A DNA stretch of 58,398 nt from Chitinophagaceae bacterium (GTDB lineage Bacteria > Bacteroidota > Bacteroidia > Chitinophagales > Chitinophagaceae), in assembly GCA_947446585.1 (NCBI GenBank), contig CANFGZ010000001.1, forward strand, positions 1 to 58,398, written 5' to 3'. Positions 9,509 through 18,922 of the stretch are shown here, piece by piece. The notes under the pieces are model-generated. The model saw only the letters and a program-made list of their open reading frames with translations, made no database searches and had not been told where the DNA came from. Both the position numbers and the translations under genes were made by a program. Numbering within the stretch: position 1 is the stretch's first letter; every line of letters begins with the position of its first letter.

Positions 9509-9964
9509 TTATTTAATAATTGTGAATTTAAGTTCTGCAGGCTTTTGTGCACCATGTGGATGAGCCGTTCCGGCATATACAAATAATTTTTTGTACATCT
9601 TACGTCCCAAACGATTTTTAGGCAACATTCCTTTTATAGCTCTTTCGATAACTACTTCCGGACGACGCTTTAACAGATCCTGAGCAGCTTCACCTTTCTG
9701 ACCACCGGGGTAGCCACTATAGGTTAAATACTCTTTATCTTCCATTTTGTTGCCGGTAAATTTTACCTTTTCGCAATTGATTACTACAACAAAATCGCCA
9801 CAATCAACGTGAGGCGTGTAATAGGCTTTGTTCTTACCACGGAGAACAGACGCAATTTTTGCGCACATACGACCAACGGTTTGATTAGTACCGTCTACAA
9901 CGTACCAGTTGCGCTTTACGGTAGCCTCGTTCGCATGTTTAGTGGTGAAATGTAATTTGCTCAT
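9509..9964 (-). CDS. rplM: 50S ribosomal protein L13
   Basis: WYVVD, LRGKNKAYYTPHVDCGD, GMLPKNRLGR. Confidence 0.98.
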   Translation of the reverse strand: MSKLHFTTKHANEATVKRNWYVVDGTNQTVGRMCAKIASVLRGKNKAYYTPHVDCGDFVVVINCEKVKFTGNKMEDKEYLTYSGYPGGQKGEAAQDLLKRRPEVVIERAIKGMLPKNRLGRKMYKKLFVYAGTAHPHGAQKPAELKFTIIK

Positions 9965-9984
9965 TTTTTTCTTTTTTTAGATGA

Positions 9985-10032
9985 TGCCGAAGCTATCCCT
10001 CCGGCAATTTTTAAATTTGGAGTGCGAAGGTA
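9985..10032 (-). promoter_or_regulatory. rplM promoter (-7 TACCTTCG, 10025-10032) and leader hairpin (possible L13 leader)
   Basis: Leader folds UGCCGGAG-GGAUAG-CUUCGGCA (9985-10006). Confidence 0.55.
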
Positions 10033-10167
10033 GGGGGATTGTTTTGTTTTCAGCAACTTTTCAACAAGTATTTTTTAGAGGTCGTTTATAAAGAATTGAT
10101 TTTCAGTAAATATTTTGTTCAAATAAAATAATGAGTTCAATTCAATCAAAGATTTTTTTACATCAAT

Positions 10168-10222
10168 AAAAAAGGCTGACTCTTTTCGGAATCAGCCAAT
10201 TAGCTTTAGAACCATTTATAAG
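10168..10222 (-). ncRNA. Candidate ~55-nt small RNA ending in an orphan terminator
   Basis: GGCUGAUUC/GAGUCAGCC stem plus U6 on minus strand, with no minus-strand gene within 1.9 kb upstream; TAATTTTA -7-like element near 10227-10234. Confidence 0.4.
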
Positions 10223-10236
10223 ATGATAAAATTATA

Positions 10237-10276
10237 GACATTTTCCTTCTGAATAATGTCCATTAATGTCCATTAA
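10237..10276. promoter_or_regulatory. Tandem repeat TAATGTCCAT x2 plus inverted half-site GACATT; candidate operator
   Basis: Exact 10-bp tandem at 10254-10273, inverted AATGTC at 10237-10242, between divergent promoters. Confidence 0.45.
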
Positions 10277-10326
10277 AAACCATTATACCACAATTTCATA
10301 TTTATTTAAGTATCTATATTTGTTTA

Positions 10327-11412
10327 ATGGCAAGAAAACCGAACCCCATTTCAAAAGAAGAAATCAGCAGCATCTCTGCTTCTATTAAATCTGACGGAGA
10401 GATCACTATTCACAATGCAATTGATTGTAATAAATTGTCATTTCATATTTTTAATACCACAGGAGAATATATTTCTGCCACCACTTTAAAACGCTTTTTT
10501 GGATTCACCAAAAGTAAATTCTCGCCATCATACGATACCATTAAAATATTAAAACAATATGCAAATCAATTTAATAAAAAATCAAAAAATTTAAGTCTCG
10601 CCAACTTTATCATTAATTTTTTCGAACCTCTTCATTTTGAAAAAATAAATAAAGACGATAAAACATTTCATGCCGCTTGCAGAACCATCGCATGGCAACT
10701 TAAAAACGATGTGTTACTTTTAGAAAAAGTATTAGAACCGCTGGCAAAAAGTGAAAATGGAAGAAGATTTTATTTTGATTTGTTTCCTGATTATGAGTTA
10801 CTAAATTCCATTCAATACAAAGGATATGAAAAATATTTGCAGTGTGAAAAAAATTACGAATCAAAAATATTTGCTAATTGCGTTTTATTTCTTGGCGAAG
10901 TTTTCAACAACAATGTCAAAGGAATGAAAAATAAATGGGAGACCGTGTCTGCCCTTTTTGATAAAAACAAAAAACTTCACCCATTTGTTTTAGGCAGATA
11001 TTATCAGATCCAACTCATTGCCTGCAATCAATTTAATAAGCCAGATGTAAAAAAAATTACAGAAAATATCTTCAAGATAGAACCTAAAATGCCGAGAAAT
11101 GAAATCGGACTTTTCAAAGAATTCCCAGGCTTCCATTATTTTGCTTGTGATGGTTTATGGCAAATCAAAGCTTACGAAGAATTGCTGAAACTAAGTTCTA
11201 TAGCCTTAATTGATTTTAAAAAACACAATGAATTTATTTGGAAAGGCTACTATGGTCAACTGTATTTGTACCAAGGTTTAGCACTTGTAAATTTGAATAG
11301 AAAAACTGAAGCCAAAAAATTATTGAAATATATTAAGCCAGAGCGTTTTTACTTTCCCACAAAAAAATATTTTGATTCCCTTTATGAAATTTTCATCTCC
11401 TATTTGAATTAG
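10327..11412 (+). CDS. Putative transcriptional regulator: N-terminal HTH-like domain plus helical/TPR-like C-terminus
   Basis: DCNKLS..I...TGEYISATTLKRFFG...PSYDTIKIL..Y pattern; TATATTTG (10315-10322) 4 nt before ATG suggests leaderless mRNA. Confidence 0.6.
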   Translation: MARKPNPISKEEISSISASIKSDGEITIHNAIDCNKLSFHIFNTTGEYISATTLKRFFGFTKSKFSPSYDTIKILKQYANQFNKKSKNLSLANFIINFFEPLHFEKINKDDKTFHAACRTIAWQLKNDVLLLEKVLEPLAKSENGRRFYFDLFPDYELLNSIQYKGYEKYLQCEKNYESKIFANCVLFLGEVFNNNVKGMKNKWETVSALFDKNKKLHPFVLGRYYQIQLIACNQFNKPDVKKITENIFKIEPKMPRNEIGLFKEFPGFHYFACDGLWQIKAYEELLKLSSIALIDFKKHNEFIWKGYYGQLYLYQGLALVNLNRKTEAKKLLKYIKPERFYFPTKKYFDSLYEIFISYLN

Positions 11413-11479
11413 TTTTTACTATTCTTAAATTATGCAGTTGATTTTTTTATTATTTTCGCGAAATAAAAATTTTTAAAAA

Positions 11480-11932
11480 ATGAAAAAAATATTGTTTGCT
11501 CTTCTTTTCTCAATTCCATTTTTTAGTTTCACTCAGGACGTTGATTTTGATAAAAAAACGGATGAGGTAATTGTTGATGGGGCAAAAGTTTTTAAAATTG
11601 AAAGAACCGGTTGCGGATTTGGTGCAAGTGATTGCCATTATGATATATTTGATTTAGAAGGAAATAAATTATTTAAAGTTAATTACAGAGACTTTAATTC
11701 TCCTGTTGAAGTTAGTAAAGCAAATCCACAAGGAACTGTAAGATATTTTGAGTTTGTTTTTTTCTCCTCAAAACAAAAAGCAGAAACAGATTTTACTGGT
11801 ATTAAGGAAATTCATCTGGCGAAATTTATTGTAAAAAACAAATTGGTGAAAGATGGAAAATTGAATCAAAGCGCTGTGGATGAATTTGTGTTTTCTGCAG
11901 GGACACCTTTTGCGGATAGAGTGAAGTATTGA
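11480..11932 (+). CDS. Secreted hypothetical protein
   Basis: Signal peptide MKKILFALLFSIPFFSFTQ; TATTTTCG promoter element upstream. Confidence 0.75.
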   Translation: MKKILFALLFSIPFFSFTQDVDFDKKTDEVIVDGAKVFKIERTGCGFGASDCHYDIFDLEGNKLFKVNYRDFNSPVEVSKANPQGTVRYFEFVFFSSKQKAETDFTGIKEIHLAKFIVKNKLVKDGKLNQSAVDEFVFSAGTPFADRVKY

Positions 11933-11940
11933 TTTTGTGT

Positions 11941-12131
11941 AACCACGAATTTTTTACCGTGGAGATTTAGAGCATAAAGAGGTTACGCTGAGGTTGTCGA
12001 TACTGCTCATTGCTCCCCTCTCACTTAGGAGAGGAGTTGAGGGTGAGATTTATTAATTCAGGATAAACTGCCACTTTCAATTACGAAATACACTTTTACA
12101 TTTTACATTTAATATTCAACATTTTACATTT
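11941..12131. repeat. Mosaic repeat block: CCACGAAT/ACGC(A/T)GAG unit, CCCCTCTC..GAGAGG palindrome, TTTTACA heptamer array
   Basis: 11941-11994 resembles 20875-20922 and 32644-32696; 12091-12131 resembles the reverse complement of 54983-55022. Confidence 0.8.
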
Positions 12132-12138
12132 CACCCCC

Positions 12139-12720
12139 CTAACCCTGCTTTCTCACATATTTCGTCAGTATAACAATCAACTGACCTTCTACTTTTCCTT
12201 CAATCTGTTCGGTATTATCATCAACAAGTTTGATATTTTTTACTACAGTTCCCATTTTTGCATTGAGTGTTGATCCTTTTACGTCCAGTGATTTAGTTAG
12301 CACAACTGAATCTCCATTTTGCAACTGGTGACCATTGGCATCCCGGTGTAAATCAACCGCCGAACTGTTTTCATGATCTCCAGTAGCTTTTGCCCAGGCT
12401 AATCTGTCATCATCGAGATATATCATATCGAGATTTTCTGCTGCCCAGCTTTCCTCTTTCAATCTGTTCAGCATTCTCCAAGTAACAACTTGCACACCCG
12501 GCACTTCGCTCCACATGGCTGTTGATAAACAAGTCCAATGCTTACTATCCAACTCTTCTTTTTTATCAATCTGAGCCAGACATTTTTTGCAAATCATGAA
12601 ACAACTTTCCTCATCATTGTATTTGGCATGAGGGACTTCATATAATTGAATGTCTGTTTGGGATAAACATAATTCACATTTGTGTTCGCTGCGGGCGAGG
12701 AGTTGATCTTGTAATTTCAT
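12139..12720 (-). CDS. PhnA domain-containing protein (Zn-ribbon N-terminus)
   Basis: CELC..CKKC; DANGHQLQNGDSV.LTKSLDVKGS..KMGTVVKNIKL. Confidence 0.88.
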   Translation of the reverse strand: MKLQDQLLARSEHKCELCLSQTDIQLYEVPHAKYNDEESCFMICKKCLAQIDKKEELDSKHWTCLSTAMWSEVPGVQVVTWRMLNRLKEESWAAENLDMIYLDDDRLAWAKATGDHENSSAVDLHRDANGHQLQNGDSVVLTKSLDVKGSTLNAKMGTVVKNIKLVDDNTEQIEGKVEGQLIVILTKYVRKQG

Positions 12721-13006
12721 TTATTTGAATTTGAAAATTTTAGTCAGACAATTTTAAATTACTAGGATTGTCAATTGTGAATAGAAAACCGATATTATTG
12801 GGATTGAATGTAAAAACTTTTTAAATAATTAATGGTGCAAAGGTAAAATAAATATGCTTTAAAACAGATAGAGATTGTGCTTGAAGAAGTTTTATTGAGG
12901 GGTAAATAATCTTCAGTTGAAATATTTGGCTATTTAGTAGCCACAGAAGTAATATTGGGATATTGTAATATTACTTTTATCAAAAAAACCATTTTAAAAA
13001 CACCTT

Positions 13007-14692
13007 TTACCACTTTGCCTCTCCATACACCTTCTCTCCATTCACAAAAGTAGAAATGACTTTTGCTTTTAAAATCGCTGTGGGTTCACAATGCATCAAA
13101 TCAGTATCCAGTATAATAAAATCAGCTGCCTTACCGGCCTCTAAACTTCCTTTTTCATTTTCTTCAAATGCTGCTTTAGCTGCCCAAATGGTCATGCCCC
13201 GAAGCGCCTGCTCTCTTGTTAATGCATTTTCAATTTGAAACCCGTCTTTCGGATATCCGTTACCGTCTTTTCTGATTACGGCTGCATAAAATGTTTTGAA
13301 AGGACTGATGTATTCCACCGGGAAATCTGTTCCTAATGGCATCCATCCGTTTTGTTGTAACAATTTTTGATATGCATAGGCATCTTTGATCCTGTCTTTA
13401 CCAAGTCTGTCTCCGGCCCAGTACATATCACTGGTAGCATGCGTGGGTTGAACAGAGGGGATGATCTTATATGTTTTGAAAAAATAAAAATCATTCGGAT
13501 CCACCACCTGGGCATGTTCAATTCTCCAGCGCCTGTCCATTTTATCATTTAATAAACTTGCATAAACATTCAAAATGATACGATTCCCGCTGTCCCCTAT
13601 GGCGTGTGTACACATCTGAAAATCTGAGTTGATCAATTTCTTCGCCACCTCTTTGAAATGATTGATATCATTCAATAAAAACCCATTCCATCCTTTTTTA
13701 TCTGTGTAATCATGCAACAGACACGCTCCTCTTGAACCCAAGGCTCCATCAGCATATAATTTAAATCCTCCCACATGCAATCTTTCGGTTTTGTAGGGCC
13801 CTTTCTTAATCCATCTGTCATAATAATCAGCACTGTCTGATAACAATGCAAAGATTTTCATTTTCAAAAGCCCACTTTTCTGAACTTCATCAACAAGCTG
13901 AACGGTGTGTTCACTGATACCACAGTCATGCACACCCGTTAATCCTTGTGAAAAACATTCCTGCTGCAGTTGAACGAAATATTTTTTCGCCAGACTATCT
14001 GAAATAAGTGGAATCTTTTTTTCAATCAAGTCCATGGCGTTATCAATAAAAATACCAGTAAGTTTCCCATTTTTCAACTCAATGCTGCCACCATTTATAG
14101 ATGTTGCTGCATTTATGCCTGCCATATCAATTGCTTTCTGGTTGGCTAATGCCGCATGCCCATCAATTCTTTTTAAAAATACAGGCCTGTCGGGAAATAA
14201 ACTATCCAGTAAGTTTTTGTTTGGAAATTCTTTTACAGCCCAATCGTTTTGATCCCATCCATGACCATAAATCCACTCCATGGGAGCTGATTTACTATAG
14301 GTTTTTATTTTTTCAATGATTTCTTCAAATGATGAGGTGCCCATTAAATCACATTTCCAACTGTCGGTGGCAAATCCGGTAAAGTGACAATGCGCATCAA
14401 TAAAACCGGGGAAAATGAAATTATTCTTAGCATCTATGGTACTATCTGCCTCATAAAGCGCATTGATGTATTCATTGGCTCCTGTTGCAACAATCTTTCC
14501 ATCTTTAATAGCCATTGCATATGAAACATGGAAACCACTATCGACAGTATATATAATACCGTGGTGGATAATCATTGATACTTTGGTTTTATGATCACAT
14601 GACGTGAAAAAAGTAATACAAGAAAAAAGTAAAAAGTAAAAAAGCAAGCCCCGATTCTTCGGGGTAAAATTATTTTTCTCGACGTCAAACAT
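13007..14692 (-). CDS. YtcJ-like amidohydrolase (amidohydrolase 3), probable lipoprotein
   Basis: PGFIDAHCH, DGALGSRGA, HAIGD, RIEHAQ, GTDFPVE; lipobox FTS-C. Confidence 0.92.
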   Translation of the reverse strand: MFDVEKNNFTPKNRGLLFYFLLFSCITFFTSCDHKTKVSMIIHHGIIYTVDSGFHVSYAMAIKDGKIVATGANEYINALYEADSTIDAKNNFIFPGFIDAHCHFTGFATDSWKCDLMGTSSFEEIIEKIKTYSKSAPMEWIYGHGWDQNDWAVKEFPNKNLLDSLFPDRPVFLKRIDGHAALANQKAIDMAGINAATSINGGSIELKNGKLTGIFIDNAMDLIEKKIPLISDSLAKKYFVQLQQECFSQGLTGVHDCGISEHTVQLVDEVQKSGLLKMKIFALLSDSADYYDRWIKKGPYKTERLHVGGFKLYADGALGSRGACLLHDYTDKKGWNGFLLNDINHFKEVAKKLINSDFQMCTHAIGDSGNRIILNVYASLLNDKMDRRWRIEHAQVVDPNDFYFFKTYKIIPSVQPTHATSDMYWAGDRLGKDRIKDAYAYQKLLQQNGWMPLGTDFPVEYISPFKTFYAAVIRKDGNGYPKDGFQIENALTREQALRGMTIWAAKAAFEENEKGSLEAGKAADFIILDTDLMHCEPTAILKAKVISTFVNGEKVYGEAKW

Positions 14693-14762
14693 ATTTTAAT
14701 TTTTTTCAAAATTAGTACAATTAGGGAGATGGTATTTTTTAACTTTGGGAGAATTATAAATC

Positions 14763-16856
14763 ATGTACAACAAAGAGCAAGTCATATCATTACAGAACTC
14801 AACAAAAGAATGGTTGGGCGAAAAAAAACCGATCGAGATTGATTCTAAAAATATTGAAGTATTAAGAGATCTCCTTCGTTTTCATGAGCACCGGTACTAT
14901 GTTGAAAACGACCCGTTAATCAGCGACTATGAATACGACATGCTGTATAAAAAGCTGGAGGAATTTGAAAAAGATAACCCTTCCTTGATAACCAAAGACT
15001 CGCCTACACAACGGATTGGTGTTGGTTTGATTAAAGATTTTCCGAAAACACAGCACTTGGTTCCGATGCTGTCTCTGGAGAATTCATACGATGATGAGGA
15101 TTTGCTTGACTGGGACCGTAAAGCAAAAGAGTTATCCGGACTTTCAGAAATCGAATACTCTGTTGAGCCAAAATTTGATGGAGCCAGCATTTCTTTAATT
15201 TATGAAAATGATTTACTGATAAAAGGTATTACCCGTGGCGATGGTGAAACAGGAGACGATATTACTCCAAACATCAGACAAATTAAATCTATTCCCTTGT
15301 CTGCTGAGTTTAGTAAACATAATATTCAACAGATTGAGATTCGCGGAGAAATTTTAATGAATAAAAATAATTTCAAAAAATACAATGACAGTTTAATTGA
15401 AGAAGGGCTTCCTCCTTTAGCCAATCCCAGAAATGCAGCAGCAGGATCATTAAGAATTAAAGATACGGCCATCGTTAGCCGAAGAAATTTAGAAGGCTTT
15501 TTATACCATGTAAGTTATATTTCTTTATTAAATGAAAATAAAAAAGAAGAAATTCATACACATTCGGATATGCTGAAACTGCTTTGGGATTTGGGTTTCA
15601 GAAGTCCTAAAAAGGAAATGAAAGTATTGAAAGGAATCAATGATGTTATTGATGTTATTAAAGATTTCGAAAAAGAAAGAGATCATTTGCCATATGAAAT
15701 AGATGGCATGGTAATTAAAGTAAATGATCTTGGTCTTCAAGAAAAATTAGGTATGACCTCTCATCATCCCCGTTGGGCAATTGCTTTTAAATTCAAAGCG
15801 AGGCAAGCAACAAGTAAATTATTATCTGTAGAATATCAGGTAGGAAGAACAGGAGCCGTTACTCCCGTTGCAAAAATTCAAGCAGTTCCAATAGGTGGAG
15901 TAACGGTTAGCAGCATTTCTATTCATAATGAAGATTACATTAAAGAAAAAGATTTAAAATTAGGAGATCATATTTTAATTGAAAGAAGTGGAGATGTAAT
16001 TCCTCAGATTGTAAAGTCAATGCCTGAACTCAGAGTTGGAACAGAAGCTGAAATTGTGTTTCCAAAAAATTGTCCTATATGTAACCATAAGCTTTTTAAA
16101 CTCGAAGATGAAGCCGTTTGGCGCTGCGTAAATTTAAACTGTAAAGCGCAGGTTGTAGAACGCATTATTCATTTTGTGAGCAAAGATGCTATGGATATTA
16201 AGAGCTTTGGAGAAGCCAACGTGAGAAAGTTTTTTGATCTGGGAATATTAAAAAGCATCCCCGAAATTTATGATTTTGATTTTAACCTTTTAAAAGACAT
16301 AGAAGGTTTTGGTATTAAATCTATTGATAACCTCAGAAATGCAATAGAAGCCAGTAAAACGCAACCCCTTCATCGACTTATTTATGCTTTAGGCATCCGT
16401 TTTGTTGGAGAAACAACAGCAAAAACATTGGCTCAAAAAGTGAATAATATTTTGGATTTTCAGAAAATGAGTGAGGAAGAGCTAATGAAACTTGAAGATG
16501 TTGGCGTAAAGGTTGCCAAAAGTATTTATGAGTTTTTTAATAATGAGGATAATATTTTCATGATTAATAAATTAATGGAATTGGGGATCAAACCTCACAA
16601 ACAGCAACACGAGAACATAGCAGGGACGCTGTCTGGACAAAGTTTTTTATTTACAGGAACCCTTTCCAAACTCAAGCGTTCGGAAGCAGAATTGATGGTA
16701 GAAAAAAACGGCGGGAAGCTATTGCCTGGGGTTAGCAGTAAATTAAATTATCTGGTAACTGGTGAAGATTCTGGTAGTAAATTAGAAAAAGCCAAAAAGA
16801 TTCCATCAATAAAAATTCTTTCTGAAGAAGATTTTTTGAAAATGTTGCCTCTGTAG
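14763..16856 (+). CDS. ligA: NAD-dependent DNA ligase
   Basis: EPKFDG adenylation motif, TRGDG, NPRNAAAGSLR, Zn finger, BRCT. Confidence 0.98.
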   Translation: MYNKEQVISLQNSTKEWLGEKKPIEIDSKNIEVLRDLLRFHEHRYYVENDPLISDYEYDMLYKKLEEFEKDNPSLITKDSPTQRIGVGLIKDFPKTQHLVPMLSLENSYDDEDLLDWDRKAKELSGLSEIEYSVEPKFDGASISLIYENDLLIKGITRGDGETGDDITPNIRQIKSIPLSAEFSKHNIQQIEIRGEILMNKNNFKKYNDSLIEEGLPPLANPRNAAAGSLRIKDTAIVSRRNLEGFLYHVSYISLLNENKKEEIHTHSDMLKLLWDLGFRSPKKEMKVLKGINDVIDVIKDFEKERDHLPYEIDGMVIKVNDLGLQEKLGMTSHHPRWAIAFKFKARQATSKLLSVEYQVGRTGAVTPVAKIQAVPIGGVTVSSISIHNEDYIKEKDLKLGDHILIERSGDVIPQIVKSMPELRVGTEAEIVFPKNCPICNHKLFKLEDEAVWRCVNLNCKAQVVERIIHFVSKDAMDIKSFGEANVRKFFDLGILKSIPEIYDFDFNLLKDIEGFGIKSIDNLRNAIEASKTQPLHRLIYALGIRFVGETTAKTLAQKVNNILDFQKMSEEELMKLEDVGVKVAKSIYEFFNNEDNIFMINKLMELGIKPHKQQHENIAGTLSGQSFLFTGTLSKLKRSEAELMVEKNGGKLLPGVSSKLNYLVTGEDSGSKLEKAKKIPSIKILSEEDFLKMLPL

Positions 16857-16941
16857 TTTAAATTTTTTGTTATATTTATGATAATCAAGAATATTACTAT
16901 TGTTATACAAAAACCAACTCTAACACTAAAAACAAAGTACG

Positions 16942-17505
16942 ATGATTAAGAAAATTCCAGGAGAAATTTGGAAACAAATGCAATTCTCGGGTTACAAAAA
17001 CCTAAAAAAGAAGTATGCAGTATCAAATCATGGCCGTGCAGCAAGTTATTCTGATTCACTTGCCAAAGATGGCAAACTACTGAACGGATCTCTGACATCA
17101 GGCTATCGTACCCTAAATCTTCATGTTGAAAACGGAAACGGAACTATTTATTTTCACCGCGAGGTGGCAAAATTATTTTGCAAAAAGAAATCTCCAAAAG
17201 CAAAATATGTGATTCATGTGAATCATAAAAAAGTGGACAATACAGCAAAGAATTTGAAATGGGCAACTTTGGAAGAAGTTAGCAGTCATCAGCAAAACAG
17301 CCCGTTGAAAATTGCTTACAAAAAACGTCAGGCAAACCGCACCGTAGGTCTGAAACTCACTGCAGTTCAAGTTAAAACAATAAAAGACACTATTAATAAT
17401 CCCAAAAGAAAAATCACTTATAAAAAATTAGCAGAAAAATATAAAGTAAGTGAAATGACTCTTTACCGCATCAAAAGCGGAGAAAACTGGGGGAAAGTAA
17501 AATAA
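16942..17505 (+). CDS. NUMOD4/HNH-like protein with C-terminal HTH
   Basis: EIWK..Y.VSNHGR (NUMOD4); HREVA..F..VIH.N..K.DN...NL.W; LAEKYKVSEMTLYRIK. Confidence 0.82.
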   Translation: MIKKIPGEIWKQMQFSGYKNLKKKYAVSNHGRAASYSDSLAKDGKLLNGSLTSGYRTLNLHVENGNGTIYFHREVAKLFCKKKSPKAKYVIHVNHKKVDNTAKNLKWATLEEVSSHQQNSPLKIAYKKRQANRTVGLKLTAVQVKTIKDTINNPKRKITYKKLAEKYKVSEMTLYRIKSGENWGKVK

Positions 17506-17525
17506 AAAATTAAGTATAATTTTAC

Positions 17526-17555
17526 AAGGAATCGAAAAACGATTCCTTTTTTTTT
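17526..17555 (+). terminator. Intrinsic terminator
   Basis: AAGGAATCG-AAAAA-CGATTCCTT followed by T run. Confidence 0.9.
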
Positions 17556-17568
17556 AAAATAAACTTAC

Positions 17569-18231
17569 ATGTTACCAATTGATACTTTAAAATTTCTGAA
17601 ATCCCTACAGAATAATAATAATAAAAACTGGATGGATGAACACCGAACAGAATATGAAAACGCTAGAAATAATTTCAGTGAATTTGTAACAAAATTAATT
17701 AAGGGCGTTTCAAAATTTGATACAAGCATTTCTGCCCTTCTTGCTAAAGATTGTACTTTCAGAATTAATAGAGATATTCGGTTTGCTAAAGACAAAAGAC
17801 CTTACAAAAATAACTTCGCTGCTTACCTCAACAAAGGTGGAAAAAAAGGTGAAGGTGCCGGTTACTATATACATATTGAACCTGGAAAAAGCTTTATTGC
17901 TGCTGGTATCTGGATGCCCGAACCTGCAACCATAGCCAAAATAAGACAGGAAATTGACTATAATTTCAAAGAATGGAATCAGATTTTAAATTCAGCAGGT
18001 TTTAAAAAGAGATTTACAAATGGATTAGATAATAATGACTCTTTAAGCAGGCCACCAAAAGGTTATACTGCCGATAATCCTGCTGTAGAATTTTTGAAAA
18101 TGAAAAGCTTTATTGCAAGGCAAACTTTTACGGATAAAGAAGTTACTGATAAAAATTTTCTGGAAATTATTTCAAAATCTTTTGAGACAATTAAAATCAT
18201 GATACATTTTATTAATCGTTCTTTAGATTAA
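17569..18231 (+). CDS. DUF2461 family protein
   Basis: FLKSLQNNNNKNW, FRINRDIRFAKDKRPYK, GYYIHIEPG, IRQEIDY. Confidence 0.9.
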   Translation: MLPIDTLKFLKSLQNNNNKNWMDEHRTEYENARNNFSEFVTKLIKGVSKFDTSISALLAKDCTFRINRDIRFAKDKRPYKNNFAAYLNKGGKKGEGAGYYIHIEPGKSFIAAGIWMPEPATIAKIRQEIDYNFKEWNQILNSAGFKKRFTNGLDNNDSLSRPPKGYTADNPAVEFLKMKSFIARQTFTDKEVTDKNFLEIISKSFETIKIMIHFINRSLD

Positions 18232-18316
18232 AAAAATGTTTTGAAGTTTACCTATTTTATTTTGAAAAATATTAACCTTATTAAACGCCATCCTTTTTAA
18301 AAGATCTTGTATCTGT

Positions 18317-18519
18317 AAAAAAAATGGTCAATGATAGAAATCATCGACCTTGCTTACCTCTGAAACCACAAGAAAAATTTTAGCCCATTAAATCAGCTGT
18401 TTTTATTAATTTTTTAGTCTCTTTTTATTTGTGCCTTTTGTTTAAAAAAAATTTTCAGGAAAAATGTGGCCAATGATAGAAATCATCGGCCTTGCTTACC
18501 TCTGAAACCACAAGAAAAA
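18317..18519 (-). ncRNA. Tandem pair of 53-nt structured units (candidate sibling sRNAs), each ending in a terminator-like hairpin
   Basis: Copies at 18325-18377 and 18467-18519 differ at only two positions, which pair with each other in the stem; G:U pair and U tail define the minus strand. Confidence 0.65.
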
Positions 18520-18886
18520 AGATTAGAGCATTAGCTCAAATAGTATTATTGAATAATTTTTTGTATTAAAATAATTAAGTACAAGAATTAACTTGCATAA
18601 CGTTGAAGTCTAAGAGGGGAAGCCTTTAATAAGATAATATTGGAATGGTTAGCTTTGGAAGTAGGACGTAAATGTAGAGAGTAAATTTGAAAGCTCATAG
18701 CTTTTTGGCAAATAAAATTTATAAAAAAGCTTTTTATTCATCCTTAAGTTGTCCTTTATTTATTTTCTATTGAGATAAAATTGTTTTTTAAAATAAATTT
18801 GATTTTACCTTAAGCCCATGTTTTTCAATAGTTTATATGACGAAATGAATTAGACGATTTTTTATGTTGAACATTCTGGACTTTAA

Positions 18887-18909
18887 AAAACTAATAAGTG
18901 TTAGTTTTG
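18887..18909. promoter_or_regulatory. TetR (PaaR-type) operator 1 overlapping the -7 element TAGTTTTG
   Basis: Palindrome AAAACTAATAAGTGTTAGTTTT; near-identical to 20990-21011. Confidence 0.8.
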
Positions 18910-18922
18910 TAAAAAATAGCTG

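Noticed and set aside
16856-17560. Group I intron or prophage around the NUMOD4/HNH gene
   Set aside because: Flanking genes are intact, no intron core or phage genes, and the gene has its own terminator
18325-18519. CRISPR array
   Set aside because: Only two 53-nt copies with an 89-nt spacer, terminator-like structure, and no cas genes
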